Program-made: the position numbers and the translations under genes
The notes under the pieces: generated by a model
Databases searched by the model: none
The model's input: the letters and a program-made list of their open reading frames with translations, nothing else
Told to the model about the DNA's origin: nothing
Part shown: positions 10,397 to 20,003 of the stretch, one piece after another
How positions within the stretch are numbered: the first letter of the stretch is position 1
Layout: every line of letters begins with the position of its first letter
From: an uncultured Pseudomonadota bacterium
GTDB lineage: Bacteria > Desulfobacterota > Binatia > Binatales > Binataceae
Direction of reading: 5' to 3'
DNA length: 64,000 nucleotides
NCBI GenBank assembly: GCA_963805995.1
Contig: CAWDWL010000041.1
Coordinates: forward strand, 12,769-76,768

Positions 10397-10741
10397 ATGC
10401 CCAGCAAATTGTACGTCGGCAACCTGGCCTACTCGGTATCGGGATCCGATCTGGAACAACTATTTTCGCAAGCGGGCGAGGTGCAAAGCGCCACCGTGAT
10501 TACCGACAAGGTCTCGGGCCAATCGAAAGGCTTCGGCTTTGTCGAGATGGCGAGCGCCGGCGATGCAGCCACGGCTATCGAGCGCTTCAACGACACTGAG
10601 CTTAAGGGCCGTAATATCAAGGTTAACGAAGCCAAACCGCGCGAATCCAGCTTCGGCGGGGGCGGTAACCGCAGCGGCGGCAATCGCAGCGGTGGCGGTG
10701 GTGGTGGCGGCGGCGCGAGCCGGGGCCGTAACCGCTGGTAG
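10397..10741 (+). CDS. RRM-type RNA-binding protein with a Gly/Arg-rich C-terminal tail
   Basis: KLYVGNL (RNP2) and KGFGFVEM (RNP1) motifs are present. The tail reads GGGGNRSGGNRSGGGGGGGGASRGRNRW. A ggaggg RBS is present. Confidence 0.9.
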   Translation: MPSKLYVGNLAYSVSGSDLEQLFSQAGEVQSATVITDKVSGQSKGFGFVEMASAGDAATAIERFNDTELKGRNIKVNEAKPRESSFGGGGNRSGGNRSGGGGGGGGASRGRNRW

Positions 10742-10754
10742 ACTGGCAGAAAAG

Positions 10755-10780
10755 AAGGCGGGTTCAGCCCGCCTTTTTTG
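10755..10780 (+). terminator. Rho-independent terminator of the RRM gene
   Basis: aaggcggg-ttcag-cccgcctt followed by tttttg, immediately after the stop codon. Confidence 0.8.
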
Positions 10781-10898
10781 TTTCGCTGCAAATGCGGCGG
10801 CGTAAACAAAGGCTGATTGGTTTCTGCCCGACGGCGTCGGGGGCGGGTTCGCTGCAGAGTGCCTAATACAAAACCCGGCCAGCTTAATAGGAATATCT

Positions 10899-11216
10899 AT
10901 GGAAAAACGCCGCAGAGAGCAACAACGCAGGCAAAAACAACAGGATAAGCAACAACGCAAGGTTCAGCGCGATGAACGGAAAAAAACTGAACCCGGGGCC
11001 GGCAAAGATGCCGATCTCGAGGGAATGGTCCCGGGGCCGCAGCCCGGACAGATAATCGATATCGACATGCTTAAGCCTCTGCTGAGGTGGCCGGGCGGCC
11101 GGCCCATCTCCGTCCAGTTAAAAATCTCGTTTCCGGAATGCGGTATCCTCCCACTAATCATGGGCCGAAGCGGCGGCTGCCTTCGATTTGCTTTTGCGGT
11201 ACCTGCCCCTTGCTGA
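10899..11216 (+). CDS. Hypothetical Lys/Arg/Gln-rich small protein
   Basis: The ORF starts MEKRRREQQRRQKQQDKQQRKVQRDERKK. The RBS is weak (aggaa) and the 3' end overlaps the convergent gene by 58 nt. The call is uncertain. Confidence 0.25.
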   Translation: MEKRRREQQRRQKQQDKQQRKVQRDERKKTEPGAGKDADLEGMVPGPQPGQIIDIDMLKPLLRWPGGRPISVQLKISFPECGILPLIMGRSGGCLRFAFAVPAPC

Positions 11217-11895
11217 GAACCTGGGCTTGGAGTTCCCGACGCTCCTGATCGCTGAGCAGATGCAGATTGCCCTCGTACGCCATCGAAGCGATCGGCGTCC
11301 CGCTATCGGGCGCATAAAAGTCCACATATTTGAGACAATTCATAGTATTCTTGCCCGTCAGCGCCAGATGTAGCTCCTCTTTGTGAACGATCGGCGGGCT
11401 AAACGACATCTCCAGCCCCTTGAGCTTGAGTTTGACGGTCTTGGGATTGACCACATCGGCGCTGGTCTTGAGGATTTGCGACGAGCGGCTGGCGAACGCC
11501 GTGGTCTGCATGAAGACGTTCCCATGGTCTTCGCCGAAGGCCAGGCTGACAATCGAATCGTGCGCCGCCCCAACCCCGCCCACTACCCGGGTCAGGCGCA
11601 GATGGCCCCCCCATTCGCCGACAAAGTCCCGGCTGGCCCGCGGGATTACCAGAATATTCTGACCCGGCTGCATCGGCACCGCCGGCATCCGAGGTATGGT
11701 TTGCTCTTGTTTGCCCGATATGGATGGAAGCTCAAGCGTGCTGGAGCCCTGACGCCTGATCTGCTGGGCCAACGCACTTGTTCCCAGGCTCAACAACGCC
11801 AGCAGCACGCCGGCGCCGGCAATCGGCGCCATCCGGTGGCCGGCAGTACTGGCTTCATCGAGCCATTCTTGTATGATCGCCATAACAGATGTCAT
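11158..11895 (-). CDS. Hypothetical protein with an N-terminal signal/anchor
   Basis: 245-aa ORF with a hydrophobic N-terminal segment (APIAGAGVLLALLSLGTSALAQQ). No recognisable family. Confidence 0.5.
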   Translation of the reverse strand: MTSVMAIIQEWLDEASTAGHRMAPIAGAGVLLALLSLGTSALAQQIRRQGSSTLELPSISGKQEQTIPRMPAVPMQPGQNILVIPRASRDFVGEWGGHLRLTRVVGGVGAAHDSIVSLAFGEDHGNVFMQTTAFASRSSQILKTSADVVNPKTVKLKLKGLEMSFSPPIVHKEELHLALTGKNTMNCLKYVDFYAPDSGTPIASMAYEGNLHLLSDQERRELQAQVLSKGQVPQKQIEGSRRFGP

Positions 11896-12039
11896 TCAAA
11901 TAACGCACGGGGGCGAAGTAAAGCGGTATCGTGCTTGCCGCCCAGTTGGTGTCGCGGGTTGAAGCTTTGAAACTAAAACCGGACCGGGCGCAAGCCGGGG
12001 GCGCCGGCGAAAGGAAGCAAGGAGCGAGCATTCGGAACG

Positions 12040-13288
12040 ATGGCATACAAAACAATTAAGGTTCCCAGCAACGGCGAGAAGATCCGCCTCAAGTCCGATC
12101 ATACTCTGGAAGTGCCTGATCGGCCTATCCTGCCCTTTATCGAGGGCGACGGCACCGGCCGCGACATCTGGCACGCTTCCCAGTATGTGTTCGACGGCGC
12201 GGTTAAGAAGGTCTATGGCGGCAAGCGTGAAATCGCCTGGATGGAAGTTTATCGCAGGTGAGAAGGCTTTCAAGCAGTTCAACAACTGGCTGCCCGACGA
12301 GACCGTTGAGGCGTTCCGCGAGTATCTGATCGGAATCAAGGGGCCGCTCACCACGCCGGTCGGCGGCGGAATCAGTTCGCTCAACGTGGCCCTGCGCCAG
12401 ATGCTCGACCTGTATGTATGTCTGCGGCCGGTGCGCTACTTCAAGGGCGTGCCGAGTCCGGTCAAGAATCCGGAAAAGCTCGACGTGGTGATTTTCCGCG
12501 AGAACACCGAGGACATCTACGCGGGCATCGAATGGCCGGCGGAATCGCCCGAAGCCCGAAAAGTCATCAAGTTCCTGCAGGAGGAGATGGGGGTCAAAAA
12601 GATCCGCTTCCCCAACACCTCGGGGATCGGAGTCAAGCCGGTGTCGCGCGAAGGCTCCGAGCGTCTGATCCGCGCCGCGCTGGACTATGCGATCCTGCAC
12701 AAGCGCAAGAGCGTCACGATGGTGCACAAGGGCAACATCATGAAGTTCACCGAGGGCGCGTTCCGCGACTGGGGTTATGAGCTGACCAAGCGCGAATACC
12801 AGGGGCGGGCGGTCGGATGGGACGACTGCAACGGCAAGCCGCCGCCGGGACAAATCCTGGTCAAGGACAACATCGCCGACATCACCCTGCAGCAGGTCCT
12901 GACCCGGCCCGATGAATTCGACGTGGTCGCGACCATGAACCTTAATGGCGATTACCTGTCCGACGCGTTGGCCGCGCAAGTGGGCGGCATCGGCATCGCA
13001 CCGGGCGCCAACATCAACTACATCACCGGTCATGGCGTGTTCGAGGCTACCCACGGCACCGCGCCCAAGTACGCCGACCAGGACAAAGTCAACCCCGGAT
13101 CGGTGATCCTGTCGGGCGTGCTGATGCTCGAGCACATGGGATGGCAGGAAGCGGCGGACGGGATCGTGCGTGGACTCGAAAAGACCATCGCGAACAAAAC
13201 CGTGACCTACGACTTCGAGCGTTTGATGAGCGGCGCCAAGCTGCTTAAGTGCTCTGAGTTCGGCAAGGCGATCGTCGACAACATGTAA
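12040..13288 (+). pseudogene. icd: NADP-dependent isocitrate dehydrogenase, interrupted by a single-base insertion as assembled
   Basis: The N-terminus ([15 protein letters not shown]...[14 protein letters not shown]...IAWMEVY) runs into a TGA at 12259. It continues in the +1 frame as AGEKAFKQF...[22 protein letters not shown].... Removing c12253 restores EVY|AGEKA. Confidence 0.9.
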
Positions 13289-13462
13289 TCTGCGCGCGGC
13301 GGCGGTTCGCGTTGGGTGAGCGCCGCCGCCGCGATTTGCCATCCAGTTGGACCTGACTCCATTTACCGGAGCGAAGGTGCTCGCGGCCACACTGGTTTGC
13401 GCCGGCAAATCTGCTCGATCGGCCGATACGCGGACGCTGGGGCGGGTCGGGGATTTTTTTTG

Positions 13463-14134
13463 ATGCGTGCCCGAGTCATCCTCGTATTCTCCGCCTTGAT
13501 GTTAGCGTTGCTGTGGTTACCGCGTTGTCACGCGGCCGGCACCGATGGCAGTGCCGCATCGTGGCCGGTGCCCGCCGATCCGCATACCAGATTCACCGCG
13601 CCCCGGCCGGCCACCGCGCAGTGCCTCCAACGCGGCAAGGAATTGATCGACGCGCTGCGCAAAGAGATGGCCAGGTACCGGGACATCAAGGCGGCGGAGG
13701 CAGCCGGTTACGGCGGCTATTACACCGATTTGAACATGCCGATGTACCACTTCGCCAGCAAATGGCGCGCGTTCAAGGAGCTGATGCGCTTCGATCCGGC
13801 CCAGCCCACCGCGCTGCTGTACAAGAGGACGAATGGTGAATACGAACTAATTGGCGTGATGTACTACGCACCGGGCAGGTACTCGGAGGATTCACTCGAC
13901 CAGCGAGTGCCGCTGTGCCTGGCGCGATGGCATCGGCAGGTCAACGTCTGCCTGCCGCCCAGCGGGGGCGAAGCCGGCAAGGATCCGCGCTTTGACGCCG
14001 ACGGCACTATCGCCACCGAAGCGGAATGCGCCAAAGCCGGCGGAAAGTGGAACCCGGAAATTCATGGCTGGATGGTCGAGGTGTATCCGTTCGAGCACGA
14101 GCCGCAGAAAATCTGGGGCTACCGGCCGGACTAA
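13463..14134 (+). CDS. Hypothetical secreted protein
   Basis: Has a signal peptide (MRARVILVFSALMLALLWLPRCHAAG). 223 aa with no recognised family. Sits between icd and mdh. Confidence 0.55.
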   Translation: MRARVILVFSALMLALLWLPRCHAAGTDGSAASWPVPADPHTRFTAPRPATAQCLQRGKELIDALRKEMARYRDIKAAEAAGYGGYYTDLNMPMYHFASKWRAFKELMRFDPAQPTALLYKRTNGEYELIGVMYYAPGRYSEDSLDQRVPLCLARWHRQVNVCLPPSGGEAGKDPRFDADGTIATEAECAKAGGKWNPEIHGWMVEVYPFEHEPQKIWGYRPD

Positions 14135-14373
14135 GCGACCGATCGGAACCGGTGGTTCTTGACTTAGTTGGTTAAGGGAGGAAGCGGTTATGGTTCAAGT
14201 CGTTGACCGGGGCGGCAATTCTGTAAAAATGGGCGGCGATTTATCTCTCCCGCACGAATGCGGCAAGGGGGCTCTGCGCTGGGTCTTCCCTGACGTTCGT
14301 TTAAGTTGTACTGACTAGCAGACGGCCGTCTATAAGCATCGCTTAAGCGGAACCGATTTCGGACGAGGCGTTT

Positions 14374-15315
14374 ATGACACGGAAAAAGATCGCTTTCATC
14401 GGGGCCGGGAACGTCGGCGCCACCTGTGCCCATCTCTGCTTCCTGCGCGGACTGGGCGATATTGTGCTGTTCGATATTATCGACGGCCTGCCCCAAGGCA
14501 AGGCGCTGGACATGCTGGAATCGGCGCCGGTGATGGGCATCGACGTCAAGGTGACGGGTACGCTCGAATACGGCGAAATCGAAGGCGCCGATTGCATCGT
14601 GGTGACCTCGGGTTCACCGCGCAAGCCCGGGATGAGCCGCGACGACCTGCTCAAGATCAACGCCGGCGTCATGAACCAGGTCGGCGAAGCAATCAAAAGC
14701 TATGCGCCTGACGCATTCGTAATCGCGGTGACCAATCCGCTCGACGCGATGGTCACCCAGCTAAAGCGCGTCACCGGCTTGCCCAAACACCAGGTGGTCG
14801 GCCAGGCCGGCGTGCTGGATTCGGCGCGCTATCGCACCTTCCTGGCCCAGGAACTTAAGGTCTCGGTGGAAAGCGTGCATGCGATGGTGCTGGGCGGGCA
14901 CGGCGACGACATGGTCCCGGTGCGCAGTTACACTACCGTTGGAGGCGTGCCGATTGAGAAGCTGATCCCGGCCAAGCGCCTGGGCGAGATCGAAAAGCGC
15001 ACCCGCGACGGCGGCGCCGAGATCGTCAATCTGATGAAGACCTCCTCTTACTATGCCGCCGGTTCCGCCGTGTACCGGATGGTCGAGGCGTTTATCCTGG
15101 ACCGCAAGGAAGTGCTCCCGTGCGCCGCCTACCTCGAAGGCGAATACGGCGTGAAAGGACTTTACGCCGGAGTACCGGTGGTGATCGGCGGCGGTGGCGT
15201 CGAGAAGATCATTACGATCGACCTGACCGACGCGGAGAAGGCGGCGTTCGCGAGTTCGGTCAATCATGTGCGCGAGCTGGTGGAGGCGATGGACAAGGTC
15301 CTGGCCGGAAATTAA
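14374..15315 (+). CDS. mdh: Malate dehydrogenase (LDH-like family)
   Basis: [13 protein letters not shown] Rossmann motif plus full-length similarity to LDH-type MDH (...[11 protein letters not shown]...). Confidence 0.9.
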   Translation: MTRKKIAFIGAGNVGATCAHLCFLRGLGDIVLFDIIDGLPQGKALDMLESAPVMGIDVKVTGTLEYGEIEGADCIVVTSGSPRKPGMSRDDLLKINAGVMNQVGEAIKSYAPDAFVIAVTNPLDAMVTQLKRVTGLPKHQVVGQAGVLDSARYRTFLAQELKVSVESVHAMVLGGHGDDMVPVRSYTTVGGVPIEKLIPAKRLGEIEKRTRDGGAEIVNLMKTSSYYAAGSAVYRMVEAFILDRKEVLPCAAYLEGEYGVKGLYAGVPVVIGGGGVEKIITIDLTDAEKAAFASSVNHVRELVEAMDKVLAGN

Positions 15316-15378
15316 CCGGCGCGCCGCGTACGCCCAGCGCATGCGCGCGACGATTGAACTGGACCGCGAGGAATAACG

Positions 15379-16548
15379 ATGAACATACACGAGTTTCAGG
15401 CCAAGCAGATTCTGGGGCGGTTCGGCGCGCCGGTACCCAAGGGCCAACCCGCCACCTCGGTGGCCGAAATGGAAGCGGCCTTCAATGCGCTGGGACAGCC
15501 CAAGGCGGTCGCCAAGGTGCAGATTCATGCCGGCGGCCGCGGCAAGGCCGGTGGCGTCAAGTTGGTCAGCAGCGCGGCCGAGGCCAGGGAATTCGCCGAG
15601 CGCCTGCTCAACAAAACGCTGGTGACCCATCAGACGGGGCCGCAGGGCAGGGTGGTGCGCAAGCTCTATCTGGAGGAGGCGAGCGAGGTCGCGCGGGAGC
15701 TGTACGTGGCGATGCTGGTCGATCGCAAGGCCGAATCCGTGGCCATGATTGCCAGCACCGAAGGCGGCATGGATATCGAAGAAGTTGCGGCCAGGACGCC
15801 GGAGAAAATCATTACCGATCCGATCGATCCGGTAATCGGAGTGGCGGCGTTCCAGGCGCGCAAAATCGCGTTCGCGCTGGGGCTCAAGGACAAGCAGGTC
15901 AATCAGTTCGTGGCGCTGCTCAATGCGATGTACCGCGCGTTCAACGAAACCGACGCCTCGCTAATCGAGATCAATCCGCTGGTCGTGACCAAGCAGGGCA
16001 GCGTGCTGTGCCTTGACGCCAAGATGTCATTCGACGACAACGGCCTGTTTCGCCATCCCGACATCCGCGAGCTGCGCGACGCCAACGAGGAAGATCCGAC
16101 CGAGACCGAAGCGGCCAAGTATGACCTCAGCTACGTGCATCTGGACGGCAATATCGGATGCATGGTCAACGGCGCGGGCCTCGCGATGGCGACGATGGAC
16201 ATCGTCAAGTATTACGGCGCCGAGCCGGCCAACTTCCTCGACGTGGGCGGCGGCGCCAACACGGAAAAGGTCGCCGCGGCGTTTCGTATCCTGCTCTCCG
16301 ACGATCGCGTCAGGGGCGTGCTGATCAATATCTTCGGCGGTATCATGCGATGCGACGTGCTGGCGCAGGGCGTGGTCGAAGCGGTCCATCAGGTCAACCT
16401 GAAGGTGCCGCTGGTGGTGCGCATGGAGGGCACCAACGTCGAGCAGGGCAAGAAGATTCTGAAGGACTCCGGGCTGGCGGTGATCGCCGCCGCCGACATG
16501 GCCGACGCCGCGCGGCGAGTGGTCGAAGCAATCGGGGGTCGGAGCTGA
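15379..16548 (+). CDS. sucC: Succinyl-CoA synthetase beta subunit
   Basis: [12 protein letters not shown]... ATP-grasp N-terminus and GGIMRCDV ligase-CoA motif. Confidence 0.95.
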   Translation: MNIHEFQAKQILGRFGAPVPKGQPATSVAEMEAAFNALGQPKAVAKVQIHAGGRGKAGGVKLVSSAAEAREFAERLLNKTLVTHQTGPQGRVVRKLYLEEASEVARELYVAMLVDRKAESVAMIASTEGGMDIEEVAARTPEKIITDPIDPVIGVAAFQARKIAFALGLKDKQVNQFVALLNAMYRAFNETDASLIEINPLVVTKQGSVLCLDAKMSFDDNGLFRHPDIRELRDANEEDPTETEAAKYDLSYVHLDGNIGCMVNGAGLAMATMDIVKYYGAEPANFLDVGGGANTEKVAAAFRILLSDDRVRGVLINIFGGIMRCDVLAQGVVEAVHQVNLKVPLVVRMEGTNVEQGKKILKDSGLAVIAAADMADAARRVVEAIGGRS

Positions 16549-16552
16549 AACT

Positions 16553-17431
16553 ATGAGTATTCTGGTCAACAAGAACACCCGGGTCGTGACCCAGGGGATC
16601 ACTGGCGCCACCGGGCAGCTCCATACCCGGGCGTGCAAAGAGTACGGCACCCAGATGGTCGCCGGCGTGGTGCCGGGCAAGGGCGGGACGGACTTCGAGG
16701 GAATCCCGATTTTCGACACCGTCGAGCAGGCACGGCAAAAAACCGGGTGCAATGTCAGCGTGATCTACGTACCGCCGCCATTCGCCGCCGACGCGATCAT
16801 GGAAGCCGCGGATGCGGGCGTCGAGCTGGTGGTGTGCATCACCGAGGGCATCCCGGTGCTCGACATGGTCAAGGTCAAGCGCTACCTGGGCGGGAAAAAG
16901 ACGCGGCTGATCGGCCCGAACTGCCCCGGAATCATCACTCCGGGCGAGTGCAAGATCGGGATCATGCCCGGCTATATCCATAAGCCCGGCAAAGTGGGCG
17001 TAGTATCGCGGTCGGGCACCCTCACGTATGAAGCGGTGTATCAACTGACGCAGCTCGGAATTGGCCAGTCCACCTGTATCGGAATCGGCGGCGATCCCAT
17101 CATCGGCACCGGCCATATCGACGCGCTCAAGCTGTTCAATGAGGATCCGAACACCGAAGCGGTGATCCTGATCGGCGAAATCGGCGGCAGCGCGGAGGAA
17201 GAGGCGGCGGAGTACATCAAACAGAACTTCAAAAAGCCGGTGGTCGCATTTATCGCCGGACAGACCGCTCCCAAGGGACGTCGGATGGGCCACGCGGGAG
17301 CGATTATCTCGGGCGGTCGCGGCACCGCGGCGGACAAGATCGCAGCGCTCAAGGCGGCGGGGATCGCCGTTGCGATGAGTCCCGCCGATTTGGGCTCGAC
17401 GATGAAGAACCTGCTCGAGGCCCGCAAGTAG
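16553..17431 (+). CDS. sucD: Succinyl-CoA synthetase alpha subunit
   Basis: [19 protein letters not shown] and [12 protein letters not shown] (phosphohistidine loop) motifs. Confidence 0.95.
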   Translation: MSILVNKNTRVVTQGITGATGQLHTRACKEYGTQMVAGVVPGKGGTDFEGIPIFDTVEQARQKTGCNVSVIYVPPPFAADAIMEAADAGVELVVCITEGIPVLDMVKVKRYLGGKKTRLIGPNCPGIITPGECKIGIMPGYIHKPGKVGVVSRSGTLTYEAVYQLTQLGIGQSTCIGIGGDPIIGTGHIDALKLFNEDPNTEAVILIGEIGGSAEEEAAEYIKQNFKKPVVAFIAGQTAPKGRRMGHAGAIISGGRGTAADKIAALKAAGIAVAMSPADLGSTMKNLLEARK

Positions 17432-17437
17432 AATACC

Positions 17438-17854
17438 ATGGAACAGACTTTCTCGATCATTAAGCCGGATGCGGTCAAACGCAATTTTATCGGTCAAATC
17501 CTGGCGCAGATCGAAGCGTCCGGACTGCGGATTCGCGCGCTCAAGAAGCTGACGCTGACGCGCAAGCAGGCCGAGGCGTTTTACGACGTCCACAAGGAGC
17601 GGCCGTTTTACAGTTCGCTGTGCGATTACATGACGTCGGGACCGGTGGTCGTCGCGGTACTCGAAGGCGAGCGTGCGATCGAACGCTGGCGCGAGCTGAT
17701 GGGCGCAACCGATCCGGCCAAAGCGGCCGAGGGCACCATCCGCAAGAAGTTCGGCCAGAATATCGAGCAGAACGCGACCCACGGCTCCGACGCCAAGGAA
17801 ACCGCGGCGCGGGAAGTAGCATTCTTCTTCAGCGCGATGGAGCTGACGGAGTAG
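17438..17854 (+). CDS. ndk: Nucleoside diphosphate kinase
   Basis: [13 protein letters not shown]... and the NATHGSD active-site motif. Confidence 0.95.
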   Translation: MEQTFSIIKPDAVKRNFIGQILAQIEASGLRIRALKKLTLTRKQAEAFYDVHKERPFYSSLCDYMTSGPVVVAVLEGERAIERWRELMGATDPAKAAEGTIRKKFGQNIEQNATHGSDAKETAAREVAFFFSAMELTE

Positions 17855-17886
17855 AACGAAAAGTAATTCTCCGGCGAAAGAAGAAC

Positions 17887-17956
17887 GATAGCCTGGAAGG
17901 GCTGTCCCCACGATTGATGTATTGATCCAGTGGGATAGGCTTTCAGCCTGTCATCC
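17887..17956. repeat. Two REP-like hairpins of the ACAGGC/ACAGCC family
   Basis: gatagcc-tggaag-ggctgtc and ggataggc-tttca-gcctgtc lie in the ndk/esterase intergenic region. Confidence 0.6.
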
Positions 17957-17997
17957 GCACCGCTGGCCGATTAGCAAGTCCAACGAGGAGGTGCCTT

Positions 17998-18930
17998 ATG
18001 CCGCTTGATCCGCAAATCCGCGCGATACTCGATCAGATGGCCAGCTTGCCGCCCTTCGAGAGCATGTCGGTTGACGATGCGCGCAAGCAAACGATAGAGC
18101 GCAGCGCGGCCGGCAAACTGCCGACGCTTCCCGTTGCCGCCGTCGCCAACCGGATGATTCCGGGGCCGGCCGGCGACTTGCCGGTGCGCATCTATACGCC
18201 CAACGGTAAAGGACCATTCCCACTGATGGTGTTCTTTCATGGCAGCGGGTTCGTAGTCTGCAATCTCGACACTCACGACGGTACCGCCCGCAACCTGTGC
18301 AGCGCCGGTGGATGCGTCGTCGTGTCGGTTGATTATCGCCTCGCGCCGGAAGCCAAGTTTCCCGCCGGTCCCGACGATTGCTACGCCGCCACCAAATGGT
18401 CTGCCGAGCACACGCGCGAACTGAACGCGGACCCGTCGCGAATCGTGATTGCGGGCGACAGCGCCGGCGGAAATCTGGTTGCAGTGGTGGCCCTGATGGC
18501 CCGCGACCAGGGCGGCCCGGCCCTGCGCGGTCAACTGATGATCTACCCGGTGACCGATTACCATAGTCCTGGACATCCATCGTACGTCGAAAACGCCGAG
18601 GGTTACGGCCTGAGTGCGGCGGGTATGCGATGGTTCTGGAACCATTATTTGACCAGCCCATCCGAGGCGGACAATCCCTATGTCTCGCCGCTGCGAGCCC
18701 AAAATCTTCGCGGCCTGCCGCCGGCATTGATTATCACCGCCGAGTACGACGTCCTGCGCGATGAGGGCGAGCGCTACGGACAACGGCTTGCCGAAGCCGG
18801 AGTGCCGACCAAGGTAACACGCTACGACGGGATGCATCACGGCTTCTTCCAGATGTACGGCATCGTGGACAAAGCCAAGGCCGCCCTGGAAGAGTCGGCC
18901 GCCTGGCTCAAAGCACGCTTCGCCGCGTAG
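17998..18930 (+). CDS. Alpha/beta hydrolase, hormone-sensitive-lipase-type esterase
   Basis: HGSGF oxyanion motif, GDSAGGNL nucleophile elbow, and a C-terminal DVLRDEG...HGF. Confidence 0.85.
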   Translation: MPLDPQIRAILDQMASLPPFESMSVDDARKQTIERSAAGKLPTLPVAAVANRMIPGPAGDLPVRIYTPNGKGPFPLMVFFHGSGFVVCNLDTHDGTARNLCSAGGCVVVSVDYRLAPEAKFPAGPDDCYAATKWSAEHTRELNADPSRIVIAGDSAGGNLVAVVALMARDQGGPALRGQLMIYPVTDYHSPGHPSYVENAEGYGLSAAGMRWFWNHYLTSPSEADNPYVSPLRAQNLRGLPPALIITAEYDVLRDEGERYGQRLAEAGVPTKVTRYDGMHHGFFQMYGIVDKAKAALEESAAWLKARFAA

Positions 18931-18941
18931 ATCTCCTTACC

Positions 18942-18969
18942 CCCTCTCCCATTTATCTATGGGAGAGGG
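18942..18969. repeat. REP-like hairpin (CCCTCTCCC family)
   Basis: ccctctccca-tttatcta-tgggagaggg lies between two convergent genes. Confidence 0.55.
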
Positions 18970-19047
18970 CTGGGGCCCCTCCGGGGCGAGGTTATCTAAA
19001 CCCGAGGCGCGATTATCTTTCCGGGGGATGCCCCGCGTCCACTTAGC

Positions 19048-19857
19048 TCAATCTTCATGGCCGCCGCCGGACTTCGCCTCTTCCCACAGCGCGTCGATTT
19101 CGGCCGAACTCATCTGTGACAGTTCGCGATGCGACGCGGCTGCGCGTTGCTCGACCTTTTTGAACCGGCCGATGAACTTCTCGCAGGACCGGCGCAAGGT
19201 CTCTTCCACGCTCCAGCCCACGAAGCGCGGCGCGTTGGCCAGCGCCAGCAGGCAGTCCCCCAGTTCCTCGGCGATCGCCGCATCGTTCGCGCCGGCGTCG
19301 AGCGCGGCCAGCGTCTCATCCACTTCCTCGCGCACCTTGGCCAGGACCGCGCGCAGATCTTTCCAGTCCATCCCCACCGCGCGCGCACGCTCGCCCAGTT
19401 TTTCCGCGCGCACCAGGGCCGGCAGATGATGCGGGACGCCGTCGAGTGCCGAACTCAACCCGGCGTGCTTGCGCTCGGCCTTCTTGGTCTCCTCCCAGCG
19501 CGCCGCGACCTCTTCCGCGCTCGCCGCGCGATCCTCCGCGAATACGTGCGGATGGCGCCGGATCAGTTTTTCGCGCGCATGACCAAGCACCTCTGACAAG
19601 CCAAAATCGCGTGTCTCGGAAGCGACCTCGGCCTGCAGCAAGACCTGCAAAAGCAGGTCGCCAAGCTCATCGCGCAGCGATCCCGCGTCGCCGGATTCGA
19701 TCGCGGCCAGGGTCTCGTAGCTTTCCTCGATCAGATATTTGGACAGGCTGGCCGCGGTCTGCGCGCGATGCCACGGACATTCACGCCGCAACCGCTTGAC
19801 GACTTCAACCAGTAAAGCGAACTCCTGCGCCGCGCGGTCATCGGAACCATCATGCAT
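19048..19857 (-). CDS. mazG: MazG nucleoside triphosphate pyrophosphohydrolase
   Basis: Tandem MazG domains (CPWHRAQT...YLIEESYETLAAIE, ELGDLLLQVLL and ELGDCLLALAN). Confidence 0.85.
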   Translation of the reverse strand: MHDGSDDRAAQEFALLVEVVKRLRRECPWHRAQTAASLSKYLIEESYETLAAIESGDAGSLRDELGDLLLQVLLQAEVASETRDFGLSEVLGHAREKLIRRHPHVFAEDRAASAEEVAARWEETKKAERKHAGLSSALDGVPHHLPALVRAEKLGERARAVGMDWKDLRAVLAKVREEVDETLAALDAGANDAAIAEELGDCLLALANAPRFVGWSVEETLRRSCEKFIGRFKKVEQRAAASHRELSQMSSAEIDALWEEAKSGGGHED

Positions 19858-20003
19858 AGCGTGACTTTAGCAGAACCCGCGCGAGGTTTGCGCCAGGGCT
19901 GCTCAGGGCGCAAGGATTGCCTCGACGCTGGATCGGCGATGCGCTAGATGTCGCGGGTCACCCTTAACGACGCCGAATTGCTGAAGCTTGGCGATGCGAC
20001 AAA

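Noticed and set aside
13297-13340. GC-rich hairpin (gcggcggcgg...ccgccgccgc) after icd, considered as a terminator
   Set aside because: No U-tract follows the stem. It may still pause transcription, but it does not meet intrinsic-terminator criteria.
12203-13408. 401-aa ORF antisense to icd
   Set aside because: It is a shadow ORF of a strongly conserved gene. It has no RBS and its composition is dominated by Arg, Ala, Gly and Val.
16394-17911. 505-aa ORF on the minus strand
   Set aside because: It lies antisense to sucD and ndk, whose plus-strand products have unmistakable conserved motifs. Its Arg/Ala/Gly-rich composition is typical of shadow ORFs in high-GC DNA.
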